Source: an uncultured Candidatus Saccharibacteria bacterium
GTDB lineage: Bacteria; Patescibacteriota; Minisyncoccia; Sungbacterales; JACQCQ01
Reading direction: 5' to 3'
NCBI GenBank assembly: GCA_964494945.1
Contig: CAZBTX010000004.1
Coordinates: 27,385-91,384 of the forward strand
Length of the DNA stretch: 64,000 nucleotides
The notes beneath the pieces were generated by a model. It did not search any database. It was not told the DNA's origin and was given only the letters and a program-made list of their open reading frames with translations. Every line of letters begins with the position of its first letter. The stretch's first letter is position 1. Shown here piece after piece: positions 9,622-20,688 of the stretch. The translations under genes and the position numbers were made by a program.

Positions 9622-11004
9622 ATGTCTCAATTTATATCAGAAGAAAAAAGTGAGAGCGTGGGACGCGCTGTAGCGCGCGGGGTGGTGATTTCGGGTAGTA
9701 CGAATGTCATACTCCGTTTTCTTGAAGCCGCGGTCGCGGTTCTTTTGCTTTCTCGGCTGTCAATTTTCCAGTACGGGGCTTATCAGCTTACACTTTCCGC
9801 TTTTGAGCTTTTTGCCGGGTTTTTCTTTGCGGGACTTTCTTCGGTTATCATAGCCGATGTTTCTCGCGAGGCCGCCGGGGATAATAAGTTCCAAGCGAAT
9901 ACGCTTTTCGGCGCTTATGCTTATTTCCAATTCGCCGTCAGCGTTTTTCTTTGGGCGGTTTTTTTCTTCGGCGCGAATCTATTGACGTATTGGGTGGGAG
10001 GAGAGACACAGCTTATCCGCATCGTCTCCTTCCTTTTTCTGGCAAGCCCGGCGGAACAGCTTTTGGGGCTTCATCTTCAAATACAACTTAAATTTTGGTG
10101 GCTGAATGCCTACAAGATACTTTACATGATATCTCGTCTCGGCATGCTGACGACGGTGTTTTTCCTGGGACTGCTTGACGCGAAATGGGCCGTGGTGAGC
10201 TTGGTTTTTTCCTCGGTCGCTGCGTCCTTAGTCGTTATACCCTTCGTCAGTTTTGTAAGTTCCATCGGCGCGCCACAACCGATGCGCCGAGCCAAAGCAC
10301 TTTTTGCGGTTATTAAAGAACACGGCAAGTGGGCTATTGTAAATGATTTCATAGGGAACATCGGTTCCTCTATTCGGCCTTTTCTTATCCGCATCTTTGT
10401 GGGCGTGGAAGCGGTTGCCGTATTCACCGTGGCGCAGAACTTCGCCGGCTATCTAAGTTCGGCGTTTCCTATCAGAGAAGTATTGTCGCCCATATTTCCG
10501 CGTCAAGCCCATGACGCCAAAGCGCTGGCCGCGACTTTTAATCGCGTCTTGAAATATTCCACCCTGGCTTTTTTGCTGATTGCCGCAGCTGGCGCCGTGG
10601 CAGTTCCGTTATTCGTAAAATTAGCTTTTCCCAAATACGTTCTTTCGCTCCCGTATTTATTTGTCTATCTTTTTGCCATGCCGCTTCTTGGTTTCCGACT
10701 TGCCGTAACTCCGCTTTTTGCCGCGCTTAAAAACCAAAAATTATTCTTTTCCATTACAATTTACCGCACCGCTACTTCCGCGCTTTTAGGCGCTCTACTG
10801 ATATGGCTTTGGGGCCTTTGGGGGGCGGCGTTGGAGGCCTCGTTCGGCGTAAGTTTATTGCTCTTGCCCGTCTATACCAAGGCCCTGAGGCGGATGCTTC
10901 CCGACTGGAAGTTTTCCGCGCGTGAATTCTTTGCCTTTAATCAGGACGACCGCCGTCTTGCTTCTGCAATCGTAAGGCGACTTAAACCGGCTTTTTGGAG
11001 ATAA
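9622..11004 (+). CDS. Wzx-like oligosaccharide flippase (MOP superfamily polysaccharide biosynthesis protein)
   Basis: It is 460 aa with about 12 predicted TM helices and sits in a glycan locus. Confidence 0.55.
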   Translation: MSQFISEEKSESVGRAVARGVVISGSTNVILRFLEAAVAVLLLSRLSIFQYGAYQLTLSAFELFAGFFFAGLSSVIIADVSREAAGDNKFQANTLFGAYAYFQFAVSVFLWAVFFFGANLLTYWVGGETQLIRIVSFLFLASPAEQLLGLHLQIQLKFWWLNAYKILYMISRLGMLTTVFFLGLLDAKWAVVSLVFSSVAASLVVIPFVSFVSSIGAPQPMRRAKALFAVIKEHGKWAIVNDFIGNIGSSIRPFLIRIFVGVEAVAVFTVAQNFAGYLSSAFPIREVLSPIFPRQAHDAKALAATFNRVLKYSTLAFLLIAAAGAVAVPLFVKLAFPKYVLSLPYLFVYLFAMPLLGFRLAVTPLFAALKNQKLFFSITIYRTATSALLGALLIWLWGLWGAALEASFGVSLLLLPVYTKALRRMLPDWKFSAREFFAFNQDDRRLASAIVRRLKPAFWR

Positions 11005-12796
11005 TAAAATTTTCAATCACCAAGTAGTCCATTTCGGTCGCGAGGAAGCACCCCAAGGCGTCTTCTGGTGTTTCAATAATGGGGTCACCCGCGAGATTAA
11101 ATGAAGTATTTAGGATGAGCGGAACTCCAGTGATCTTTGCGAACTCGTTTATGAGCTCGTAATACCGACCGTTGGCTTCTTTGGTCACGGATTGAATCCG
11201 GCAAGTGCCGTCAACGTGGACTATGGATGGCACAAGCCGGCGTTTCTCCGGTACCACCAGAGCGGCGAGAAGCATAAAAGGGCTTTCTTCCAACAGTTCA
11301 AACCATTCAGACATCTTTTCGCGTAGCACTGCCGCGGCGAAGGGACGCCACGGTTCACGGTGTTTGACGCGGTTATTGAGAATATCCTTGGCATCTTCCG
11401 GCCGCGGGTCGCAAAGTATGGAACGATTTCCCAGAGCCCTCGGGCCGTATTCGGCACCCCCCTGGAACCAGCCGATAATTTTCTTTTCCGCCATCAGTTT
11501 GGCGGCTTCAGCCGATACATTTGGTGATTTTTGGGCGTTAACCCTGTCTTTGACCTTTGATATTGCTTCGGTAATTTCTTTTTCGGAATAACCGCGGCCA
11601 AGCGCGGCATTTTGCATTTTCCAGAATCTGGGACGGTCCAGTATCATGTGCCAGCCGTAAAGAGCGCACCCTAACGCCACGCCGGTGTCGGAACATCCCG
11701 GCTGAATGAATATTTTCTTGAATCCCGCCTTATCAAGAAAGTTCTTATTGGCGTCGATGTTCAGCCCCACGCCGCCCGCAACGCAAAGATTGGGGATATT
11801 CGTAAGTTCCCTAAGTTTTATGCCCCAGCTAACCGCCACTTCTTCCAGTACTTTTTGAGCGGCATAAGCCACCGAAGCGTAATAATCGTCCGGCAATTTT
11901 TCCGATTTTTCGCGCGGCGGGCGGGGGAGGCGAATTTCATCAAATACATGGGGTTCGGTCAGGCGCTCACCGGCGACACCCGAGACCTTCAAAAGTTTCA
12001 GCGCCATGGGGCGCAGAACCAAGCGGAGCTTCATGCGGAGTATATTTCGCGCTACCTCGGCTATTTCTCGTAAACTTTTATTTTTCAGGCGCGCGCCGTA
12101 TGAGCGCGAGGGGAAAGTTATTCTGGGATTGCATAAAATATGGCCGTACTTTTCCGCGTACCAGTGACTGGCGGGAAATTGCTTAAGAATTGAATCGTTG
12201 CCATAGGGGGCAAGTCCCATCATCTTGCCTTCGTTGTATTTGCCGAGTCCGATGTAACGCTCGGATATCAGCGAGTAAAGTTTCCCGATGCCGAAAGTGT
12301 AGGGGAATATCTTGCCTTCTCTTAAGTGCGTGGTCTTTTGTATCTGATACAGGCGATTGCCTCGGCCGACGTACATGGTCTCGGTTTCGGTGGCCGCGAC
12401 CCCAAGATGATTTTCAAATTTCTCTCCGGCGCCGTCGTATACCAGAACCGCCGCCTCTTCAAACGGAGAACAAAAGAACGCCGAGGCGGCGTGCGCGTCG
12501 TGATGGTTGATAATCTCAATTCTCGCCTTGGAAAAAGCGGCTCCGGTATGTTCCAGTAACCATTGCTTCATGGGGGCGTTCTTTCTCGTGTCTATCTGGT
12601 CAATTACAACAAGGTCAACTTCTTCCGGCTTAATACCCAGTGCCTCAAGACAATAAGGTATCGCTAAAACCGGGAACATATTGTGCGAATGCTTAACACG
12701 ATTCAGGCGCTCTTCGGCAATAGCGATTACTTTTCCGTCCGATATCAGGCAGGCGCCGGTATCATGCCCCGCGATTTTTAGTCCGAGTACGTTCAT
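10982..12796 (-). CDS. Carbamoyltransferase, NodU/CmcH/TobZ family
   Basis: The N-terminus MNVLGLKIAGHDTGACL...ERLNR.KH and the ~600 aa length are typical. Confidence 0.75.
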   Translation of the reverse strand: MNVLGLKIAGHDTGACLISDGKVIAIAEERLNRVKHSHNMFPVLAIPYCLEALGIKPEEVDLVVIDQIDTRKNAPMKQWLLEHTGAAFSKARIEIINHHDAHAASAFFCSPFEEAAVLVYDGAGEKFENHLGVAATETETMYVGRGNRLYQIQKTTHLREGKIFPYTFGIGKLYSLISERYIGLGKYNEGKMMGLAPYGNDSILKQFPASHWYAEKYGHILCNPRITFPSRSYGARLKNKSLREIAEVARNILRMKLRLVLRPMALKLLKVSGVAGERLTEPHVFDEIRLPRPPREKSEKLPDDYYASVAYAAQKVLEEVAVSWGIKLRELTNIPNLCVAGGVGLNIDANKNFLDKAGFKKIFIQPGCSDTGVALGCALYGWHMILDRPRFWKMQNAALGRGYSEKEITEAISKVKDRVNAQKSPNVSAEAAKLMAEKKIIGWFQGGAEYGPRALGNRSILCDPRPEDAKDILNNRVKHREPWRPFAAAVLREKMSEWFELLEESPFMLLAALVVPEKRRLVPSIVHVDGTCRIQSVTKEANGRYYELINEFAKITGVPLILNTSFNLAGDPIIETPEDALGCFLATEMDYLVIENFIISKKPV

Positions 12797-12863
12797 TCCT
12801 TACACACTATGCCGAAATGTCGGCTTGGTTTCAAGCCATAGCCAGGTATGATACATTCTTAAT

Positions 12864-15305
12864 ATGACCGAAGGCACACGGAGCAGTTTTATTAAAAAGG
12901 AGGCGCTAATTTTTCTCTTCCTTGCCGCATTGGTGATCGCAGCATTCGCTTCTCCTCTTTTTGAGGGAAAGCTTTTTTTTGACTCCGACACGACAAATGA
13001 GGACTATCCTCTCTACACCTTCTATGCCAAGGCATTGCGTACAGGGGAGCCATTTTGGTGGAATCCGTCATATTTGATGGGGTATCCTTCCTATGTTTCC
13101 GCCGCTTTTAATATGCTTGACCCGGTCAATTTGGCGTTATTCCGCTTGATTGAAAATCCGCTGACCGCTCATACCGTACGAGTTGCGGTTGACTACATAT
13201 TCTCACTTTGGCTCGGTTACGCTTTTGCGCGCCGCACCGGGCTTACTCGTCTCCCCAGCATCGTAGTGACGCTTGGCTATTTGGTCGGATTCTCTCTGCC
13301 TCATACGACGCAGAACTTAATGGGGAGCGGTTCTACCTTCGTCCTTCCCGGACTTCTTCTCTTGGTCTACAATCTAAGATTTTCCGAGCGTCGTTGGTTA
13401 TGGGTTATTTTAGGCGGGATATTCTGGGGGTTTTCCTGGCTGCATGCCTTTGCGAACTACGTATTCAACTTTTCGGCGGTTGCGTATCTTTTTGCTTTGT
13501 ATCTCGACATCGCTTATCCGAAAATTCCGGGGTGGGGAGTGCGGCGTTTCGGCACGTTAATACTAACTGCCGGCGCGAGTATCATGGGCATTGTCATCGG
13601 GTTGCCGTTCATATTGCCCGCGATGATATTGCGTCCCTTAACACGGCGTGTCGCGGGCTTCGGGCTCACTGATTTGGGCGGCATTGCCGTAGCCGACGTA
13701 TTGAATTTTTTCTTCCCGGATTATATCCGCATTCCCATGCTCTCAAGTTCCGGAGCTTTATACGGCTTTTATATCGGCGGCTTCGGCTTGATTACCGCGG
13801 GGCTTGGTTTTATTGCGATGCGGGCCAAAGAACGTTTGTGGTACGGCGGCATGTATCTTTTGACGCTAGCGCTTACCATTAAGCCGCTTGGGCTATCTTG
13901 GCTTCTTTTGCATATTCCGGTATTTTCGTATTTTCATACCATGCGGCGTTGGCTTTTGATCGGTATTTTTTTTCTTGCCTACGCTGCGGGGTATGGGTTA
14001 GAAGCGATACTTGCCGATGAGAAATTCCGCCAAAGCGCTGCTTTCAGGCGTTATATGATCGGTGCCTTTATAGTTGCCGGAGTCGTGGTTCTCGGGGTGG
14101 TTATCGTGAATCTCGGCTTTCTTCTCCTTCCCTGGAATGATCCCGTTTGGCTTACATCACTTTTCACCAAACTCTCCGGTTTTATTTCGATAACGGGCTC
14201 ATACCCGGAAGAGTATTATGTGGCGGTCCTCGCTAAGATTCTCAATCAAATTCGCGCTTCATTCTCCGTAACGAACTGGATGTTTGTTTTGCCGCTAATT
14301 TTATTTCTGACTTCGCTTGCATTTATTGCTCGTTTTTGGAAAGAGAAAATTTCGTACAGGAATTTCACAATTATAGGTCTTGTAATTATCTCGGCAAATT
14401 TTGTTTCGTATTACGCTCTCCAGCGTCCGTTGCTGATCGATAGGCGCGAATACGAAAATCCGCCCAATCTTGTTAAGACGCTGCAAAAGTACGAACCGGA
14501 TACTAATCAATATCGCCTGGTCAGTTTCCTCACGGGCGAGGCCGCTTTTAAAAAAATCCGGGCGCAAGAAATTCTCACCAATACCCGGGACTACGCCATT
14601 TCCAAAGAAATGCTTACGACGAACGTCAATATGTATTTCGGCATTCCCCGAGCTGACGGGTACGAACCATACTGGACAGAGCGCCAGTCCCATGTATGGC
14701 GTGAAATTATTGGGAATGAAGACCCGAAAGATAATATATCAAAGCAGGCAAAAGATTTTGTTGGATGGCTTCCGCTTCTTTCAGATTTTAATGTGAAATA
14801 CCTGCTTTCGGGATATCCGCTTATAGACGCGTCTCTCATTGAGATCCCCGTGGCAGCTGACAGTTTTCGCGAATTGGGCTTACATCTTTATCAAAATCAG
14901 AGCGTACGGCCGAGGGTCTATTCTCCAGAACGCGTGCGCCAGGTCTCGCAGTGGGACGAATCATATTTCCAGCTCTATAGAAAGAGAGGCGGGGTTTCGG
15001 ATATAGTTGAATGTGTTGAGTGTAAGGAGGAAATAATCCCCGGCGGGCTTTCGGTCAGTAATGTTTTTTACTCCGCCGGCGAGATCCGATTTCAAACAAA
15101 GGGTCGGAGTTCCGGCTGGGTCGTAATTTCAGAGTCGCACTTGCCGGGCTGGGAAGCTGTCGTAGACGGCGCGCCGGTCCCTATCCGCACCGCGAATTAC
15201 CTGACTCAAGCCGTAATGGCTCCGGCGGGAGAGCATAATGTAGAGCTGCGGTATCGGGGGGTCGTGTGGGAAAAAATCAAATTATACGGTTATGGGAATG
15301 AATAA
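12864..15305 (+). CDS. YfhO-like large polytopic membrane protein (GT-C-like glycosyltransferase)
   Basis: It is 813 aa, with a multi-TM N-terminal region carrying the FWWNP motif and a soluble C-terminal domain. Confidence 0.45.
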   Translation: MTEGTRSSFIKKEALIFLFLAALVIAAFASPLFEGKLFFDSDTTNEDYPLYTFYAKALRTGEPFWWNPSYLMGYPSYVSAAFNMLDPVNLALFRLIENPLTAHTVRVAVDYIFSLWLGYAFARRTGLTRLPSIVVTLGYLVGFSLPHTTQNLMGSGSTFVLPGLLLLVYNLRFSERRWLWVILGGIFWGFSWLHAFANYVFNFSAVAYLFALYLDIAYPKIPGWGVRRFGTLILTAGASIMGIVIGLPFILPAMILRPLTRRVAGFGLTDLGGIAVADVLNFFFPDYIRIPMLSSSGALYGFYIGGFGLITAGLGFIAMRAKERLWYGGMYLLTLALTIKPLGLSWLLLHIPVFSYFHTMRRWLLIGIFFLAYAAGYGLEAILADEKFRQSAAFRRYMIGAFIVAGVVVLGVVIVNLGFLLLPWNDPVWLTSLFTKLSGFISITGSYPEEYYVAVLAKILNQIRASFSVTNWMFVLPLILFLTSLAFIARFWKEKISYRNFTIIGLVIISANFVSYYALQRPLLIDRREYENPPNLVKTLQKYEPDTNQYRLVSFLTGEAAFKKIRAQEILTNTRDYAISKEMLTTNVNMYFGIPRADGYEPYWTERQSHVWREIIGNEDPKDNISKQAKDFVGWLPLLSDFNVKYLLSGYPLIDASLIEIPVAADSFRELGLHLYQNQSVRPRVYSPERVRQVSQWDESYFQLYRKRGGVSDIVECVECKEEIIPGGLSVSNVFYSAGEIRFQTKGRSSGWVVISESHLPGWEAVVDGAPVPIRTANYLTQAVMAPAGEHNVELRYRGVVWEKIKLYGYGNE

Positions 15306-16128
15306 AACAAAAAAGCCGGATATGTTTCGCTTTGGACGGAATTGGGATAACTATGACCGGATGTATTCGAACCGCGGTCGTATCGATGAGGCGAAGAGCT
15401 CTCTTACGCGTTTCTTGAACAAGGAATCGTTAAAAGGTTTATCGTTCCTTGATATTGGAAGCGGCAGCGGCATATTTTCACTGGCTGCCTTTGAGTTAGG
15501 CGCAACGGTGGTCAGTTTTGATATTGATAACGATTCAGTTCTTGTGACGGAGCGCGTCTGGAAAATGGCCGGGGCTCCTTCAAATTGGAAAGTATTCCAC
15601 GGCTCGATTCTTGATGAGAAGTTTATCCGTTCCCTGGGCGAGTTTGACATAGTGTATTCCTGGGGCGTTTTGCATCATACCGGGTCAATGTGGCAGGCGA
15701 TTAAGAATGCGGCAAGTCTGGTGCGACAGGGCGGCCTGCTCCATATCGCCATCTACAATAAGTCGGAGGGCTGGGGGTTGCATCCCGATGGACGTTTGTT
15801 CCCTTCAAAATTCTGGCTTTGGGAAAAGCGGTTCTATTCGCGTCTCCCATGGTTTTTACAAAATATCATTGATTGGTTTTTAATGGCTATTCTTGTTTTG
15901 GGCTATTTGATAACATTTCAAAATCCAATAACAAAGATTCGCGGGCATATACGATATCGCGGCATGTCGTGGCGGATCGATATTAAAGATTGGCTCGGGG
16001 GGTATCCCTATGAATTTGCGAGCGCGGGGGAGATTTTTCGGTTCGTGAAGCCGCTAAGCTTCGTTTTGGAGAATTTGAACACTAATGACGGTCTTCTGAA
16101 TAATGAATTTCTTTTTAAAAAGATATGA
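15292..16128 (+). CDS. Class I SAM-dependent methyltransferase with C-terminal TM segment
   Basis: It carries the motif LDIGSGSGIFS. Confidence 0.6.
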   Translation: MGMNKTKKPDMFRFGRNWDNYDRMYSNRGRIDEAKSSLTRFLNKESLKGLSFLDIGSGSGIFSLAAFELGATVVSFDIDNDSVLVTERVWKMAGAPSNWKVFHGSILDEKFIRSLGEFDIVYSWGVLHHTGSMWQAIKNAASLVRQGGLLHIAIYNKSEGWGLHPDGRLFPSKFWLWEKRFYSRLPWFLQNIIDWFLMAILVLGYLITFQNPITKIRGHIRYRGMSWRIDIKDWLGGYPYEFASAGEIFRFVKPLSFVLENLNTNDGLLNNEFLFKKI

Positions 16129-17711
16129 ACCGCCAAATCTATCTTGATCACGCACTCGCGGCCTTACCTCGGGTATTAAGCGCGCTGAATCGTACGAAAG
16201 GAATGGAAAGTTTCGGCTGTTTTGACCGAAACTGGTGGCACTATAAAATCACCGATTTCCCCTCGGCGCGTATGCAAGAAGGGGTTTTGACGCTTGCCAT
16301 TCTTTGGAAAGGAGAGTGGAGCCCGTATCGCAGCGATGAAAAGATCTTTGAATGTATCAACGCCGCAATCGACTTTTGGATCTCGCGACAGCATCGGGGC
16401 GGCTCGGTGGAGGAGTGGTACCCGGGCGAGCGAAGCTTTGTGGCAACCGCTTTTTCGCTCTACGCCGTCTCCGAAACTCTGCTGTTAATCCCGGAGCTTA
16501 AGAATCGGCAAATACTTACAGCACACATCCGGCGTTCGGCTGACTGGCTCTTGGGGCGTAGAGAGGAAACGGTAACAAACCAAAATAGCGGGGCGCTGGC
16601 GGCTTTGTATAACGCTTTCCTGCTGACGGGCGATGAACGATATCGTCAGGCCTCAAAAAATCTGGCTAGATTCATAGCCAGCCGCCAATCAAGCGAAGGC
16701 TGGTTTCCCGAATACGGCGGGCCGGACATCGGCTACCTTTCGCTGACCATCGACTATCTCGCCAAATATTATTTGAAATCAAAGGACGACGAGGTAAAAC
16801 CGATGCTTGAAAAAGCCCTAGAGTTCATTTCGCACTTTATTCACCCCGACGGCAGTGCGGGCGGCATTTACGCAAGCCGTAATACCGCCTATCTTATTCC
16901 TTCCGGTTTTGAGGCGCTGGCGAGTGAGTTTCCTATCGCGGCCGCAATCGCAAAAAAAGTTCGCGTGGGTTATCAAACCAACGCCTTGCCGACACCCGAA
17001 ACACTCGATGATCGGTATCTTCTCCAAAATGGATACACATTCTTGCAGGCGCATATGACGGGACTGGCGCGCGAGGAATCCAATGTGCCTGAATTGCCGT
17101 GTGAGACAGAGCGTACTTTCCAATTCCCGCAAGCCGGTATATTGGTGCATTCTGACTCTAAGGTATATTTCGTGGTTAATACTAAAAAGGGCGGCGTTTT
17201 TTACCTGTACGACAAAGAGATAGGAAAAGGAGAATCAAGAGGCGGGCTTGTCCTGCGGCGCGCAAAAAAAGTATATGTTTCCGGCTCGCTGCAAACTCGA
17301 TCAGGGCTAACGAATGATGCGCCTCTTACATTTTTAATCCAAGGAAGTTTGGTGAGAGAAAAAGAGACAAAAGTTTCCGGGACATTCTTCTTTCTCTTGC
17401 GAGCGGCTCACGTTGTCTTTTCTTTTCTGCCGAACGGCGAACAATTCTTAAAGGTCTTTCTGCGTCGGGTGCTTATTTTAAATCGGCGGGAGAGCCGTTG
17501 GAAATTCTCGCGTAAATTCATTTATCAAAATGGGAAACTTGAAGTTGCCGATTATTTCCCGCCGCATATTTTCGATAAAGGATATGCCGGCGGATACGAA
17601 GAGTTCGTTTATGTTCCCTCAAGCCGGCTGTTTCTGGGGTCGCAGCTAAATTCGGACACGCGCGATATAAGCTCTGCCGATCTGAAAATCGGAAAGGTCA
17701 GAGTTTTTTAA
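16125..17711 (+). CDS. Hypothetical protein (possible alpha/alpha-toroid, heparinase II/III-like) in glycan locus
   Basis: It is 528 aa with no TM segment and W/Y-rich helical repeats. Its start is ATGA-coupled to the upstream methyltransferase. Confidence 0.25.
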   Translation: MNRQIYLDHALAALPRVLSALNRTKGMESFGCFDRNWWHYKITDFPSARMQEGVLTLAILWKGEWSPYRSDEKIFECINAAIDFWISRQHRGGSVEEWYPGERSFVATAFSLYAVSETLLLIPELKNRQILTAHIRRSADWLLGRREETVTNQNSGALAALYNAFLLTGDERYRQASKNLARFIASRQSSEGWFPEYGGPDIGYLSLTIDYLAKYYLKSKDDEVKPMLEKALEFISHFIHPDGSAGGIYASRNTAYLIPSGFEALASEFPIAAAIAKKVRVGYQTNALPTPETLDDRYLLQNGYTFLQAHMTGLAREESNVPELPCETERTFQFPQAGILVHSDSKVYFVVNTKKGGVFYLYDKEIGKGESRGGLVLRRAKKVYVSGSLQTRSGLTNDAPLTFLIQGSLVREKETKVSGTFFFLLRAAHVVFSFLPNGEQFLKVFLRRVLILNRRESRWKFSRKFIYQNGKLEVADYFPPHIFDKGYAGGYEEFVYVPSSRLFLGSQLNSDTRDISSADLKIGKVRVF

Positions 17712-19557
17712 CCCAGTGCTCATACCAGACCTGAAAGATGAGCAGTGTCCAGAGTTCTAGGTAGCGGTTCTTGCTGCCGGAGAGATGCTCGTTCATAAGA
17801 GCGGTAACGGCCGCCGGTCTAAAGATATCCTGGCGCTTTAATTTTTGCGGGTCTAGGTATTCCCGGAGTACGGGCTTCAGTATGCCGGAAAACCAACGCG
17901 CGAGTGGCGGCGTTAAACCCTGCTTTTTTTTATCGACGATTTCAGTCCCAAGACGAGGCCGCATAAGTTCGCGCAAAATATATTTTCGTTTCAATCCGCG
18001 GACTTTGTAGCGTTGGGGGAGCGAGATGGCAAAATCAGCCACGCGGGGGTCAAGGAACGGAACGCGGACCTCAAGTGAGTGATACATGCCGGCCCGGTCG
18101 GTTTTCATTAAAATGTCGTCTTGCAGATAGCTCGAAATATAATAGTAAGCGCTTCTTTGAAAATCGTTGAGGTCTCGAGCTTCTCTGTTGCGGTTTGTCA
18201 CGGCCTTAAAGAGCGAATCGCCCAGCGGGCGTTGTACTATCTTGGAAATGAGGTCGGAGTTGATGGCCGATGTCCATTCGGCTTGCCGCAACATCACATC
18301 TTTCTTGTAATTTCCGAAAAAGCGTTCAGCCATAAAGGAAGCGCTCATATACTCACGTGAGGCCGGGAGCATGGTGCGAATCAACCCGCCGATGCCTTTC
18401 ACCGCGCCTTCCGGCAGAGTTCCAAGAATCCGAGCAACGGCCTGGGCCTTAAAGACCTCATACCCGCCGAATAGTTCGTCAGCTCCATCGCCGTCCAGAG
18501 CCACTGTTACTTCTTCCCGCGCGAAACGGCAGAGGAGCGCTGTCGGGAGAAGTGAAGCGTCCGCGAACGGCTCATCCAGCATGGTTGTCAGTTTTTCAAA
18601 CTCGTTCACAACCTCATGTTCGCTGAAGGTCTTCAGACGATGCGTAACACCGGTGCGTTGAGCGGCTAAGCGCGCCGTTTCCGATTCGTCATACGATCTT
18701 TCAGCAAAACCGATCGTGAAGGCCTTGATGTTCGGCGAAATTTTTCTTGCGTAGTAAGCAACAGTGCTTGAATCCACCCCGCCGGAAAGCAGGATTCCCA
18801 GGGGCACGTCGCTTATCATGCGCGACTCGACCGCGCCAGCCAGTTTCGCATCCAATTCGGCTTTGGCTGTTTCAAAAGGTATTTGATTCGCTCCCGGATT
18901 TTTAGGATATTCCCGCCAAGAAAATATCCGCTCCCTTCCGTCTTTGAAAATAAGCGCGTGTGCCGCCGGCAGACGAAAAACATTATTCCAGATGGTTTCC
19001 GGGGTTGGCGTGAAATGATGATAGAGATACCGCAGGGCTCCCGCTTCGTTGAATTCTTTTTTAAAGGCGGGGTGTGCCGCGAGTGCCTTCAGTTCCGAGC
19101 CGAAAAGGAATGTTTCCGGCGTTTTCGTCCAATACAGCGGTTTTTCCCCGAAGCGGTCGCGGGCGAGAAAGAGCATTTCTTTTTTGGCATCCCACAATGC
19201 GATAGCAAACATGCCATCAAGCTCGCTTACCATGTTTTCTCCTTTTTCTTCCCAGAGATGAACCAGTACCTCCGTATCCGAGCGCGTTTTAAAAGTATGC
19301 GTGCTCTCGAGTTTTTTGCGCAATGACGGATAGTTGTAAATCTCACCGTTAAACACCACGGTCACCGTTCCGTCCTCGTTTGATTGCGGCTGCTTGCCGG
19401 TTGAAAGATCAATGATTGAAAGGCGCCGCATGCCAAGATGCGTCCTGCCCGAAATGAAAAAGCCCTCATCATCGGGCCCGCGATGCCTTAAGGTATCCGT
19501 CATATGGCGGAGCGTTCTTTCGTCACCGTCGCCAATGAACCCGGCGATTCCGCACAT
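17698..19557 (-). CDS. asnB: Asparagine synthase (glutamine-hydrolysing) family amidotransferase
   Basis: It has the MCGIAGF N-terminal catalytic Cys2, the SGGVDSS PP-loop, and a length of 619 aa. Confidence 0.8.
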   Translation of the reverse strand: MCGIAGFIGDGDERTLRHMTDTLRHRGPDDEGFFISGRTHLGMRRLSIIDLSTGKQPQSNEDGTVTVVFNGEIYNYPSLRKKLESTHTFKTRSDTEVLVHLWEEKGENMVSELDGMFAIALWDAKKEMLFLARDRFGEKPLYWTKTPETFLFGSELKALAAHPAFKKEFNEAGALRYLYHHFTPTPETIWNNVFRLPAAHALIFKDGRERIFSWREYPKNPGANQIPFETAKAELDAKLAGAVESRMISDVPLGILLSGGVDSSTVAYYARKISPNIKAFTIGFAERSYDESETARLAAQRTGVTHRLKTFSEHEVVNEFEKLTTMLDEPFADASLLPTALLCRFAREEVTVALDGDGADELFGGYEVFKAQAVARILGTLPEGAVKGIGGLIRTMLPASREYMSASFMAERFFGNYKKDVMLRQAEWTSAINSDLISKIVQRPLGDSLFKAVTNRNREARDLNDFQRSAYYYISSYLQDDILMKTDRAGMYHSLEVRVPFLDPRVADFAISLPQRYKVRGLKRKYILRELMRPRLGTEIVDKKKQGLTPPLARWFSGILKPVLREYLDPQKLKRQDIFRPAAVTALMNEHLSGSKNRYLELWTLLIFQVWYEHWVKKL

Positions 19558-19558
19558 A

Positions 19559-20512
19559 TTAGAACCTCAAAGTTTCCTTAATGGGGAGTGCCGCGCCCGC
19601 TTCGGAAGTTTTGAATACGCGGTGCAACATTTCAGCCAAGAGTCCCATCAAAACGAATTGGACAGCGATCATGAAGAAAAATGTGGTGAGTACGGGCAAG
19701 GGGCTTTGGGTGAAGCGAAGCCCCTCGAGCAATTTGAGCAAGAGCATCCAAATAAAAGTTAGAAAGCCCAGAAATGCTGAAATAAATCCGGCTACTCCAA
19801 AAAAATGCATGGGCCGCGCCCCGTACTTCCCGAAGAAGTAAAAGACTATTACATCTAGAATCACGCGGAAAGTGCGCATCAGGCCGTATTTTGAAACCCC
19901 GTATCTCCGGCGCTGCCACGCGACCGGTACTTCGGCGACCCCGGCTCCGGCCGAGGCGGCGTAGGCGGGCATCAGGCGATGGATATCTCCCGAGAAGGGC
20001 AAAGACACCACCGATTCGCGCGCATAGGCCTTGAAAAACCCCCCATGGTCATGCAAGTGTACCCCGGTAACTTTGGAGATGAACCAGTTTGCCAGAACTG
20101 AAGGGATTTTGCGGGTTATCATCTCGCCCTGCCAGCGGTCTTTGCGCCAGCCGGATACGACGTCAAACCCCTCGTTCATTTTCTCCAAAAGAAGCGGTAT
20201 GTCTTCCGGAAGATTTTCCAAATCACCGTCCATAGTCACGATTATCTCGCCCTTTGACTCGCGCACCCCCGCCGCAGTTGCGGTAGTTTTGCCTGAATTA
20301 TGGGATAGCCGCACAATGGTGACGGGTCTTAGCACCTTTAACGCCTCAAGCGTACCGTCATTTGACCCGTCATCTACAAATATGATTTCAAAGCTTTTCA
20401 CGGCATCACTAAGGACCTTCGTCAGCCGTGCGTGAAGTTCCTTAACCGTCCCGGCTTCATTGCATACGGGAATGACTACCGAGACCTCCGTTTTCCTAGC
20501 TGAATCAGCCAT
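19559..20512 (-). CDS. GT2 polyprenyl-phosphate glycosyltransferase (Dpm1/GtrB/ArnC-like) with C-terminal TM helices
   Basis: It carries VVIPVCNE...DDGSNDGT...DGDL and two C-terminal TM segments. Confidence 0.7.
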   Translation of the reverse strand: MADSARKTEVSVVIPVCNEAGTVKELHARLTKVLSDAVKSFEIIFVDDGSNDGTLEALKVLRPVTIVRLSHNSGKTTATAAGVRESKGEIIVTMDGDLENLPEDIPLLLEKMNEGFDVVSGWRKDRWQGEMITRKIPSVLANWFISKVTGVHLHDHGGFFKAYARESVVSLPFSGDIHRLMPAYAASAGAGVAEVPVAWQRRRYGVSKYGLMRTFRVILDVIVFYFFGKYGARPMHFFGVAGFISAFLGFLTFIWMLLLKLLEGLRFTQSPLPVLTTFFFMIAVQFVLMGLLAEMLHRVFKTSEAGAALPIKETLRF

Positions 20513-20688
20513 TTTCGGTCAAGTGGATGATAGCTCAAATGCGGCGAGCGGACAACTTTCTTGATAAATTTGAACAATATTTATATAATTCCCTTCCTTG
20601 TTTTCTTCTAAAGCGATGGGGCCCAGAACGAATGCCTATAGTTCCTGCGTGTTGTCTCGCTATGGATGCCGAAGTAGAATAAAACAAT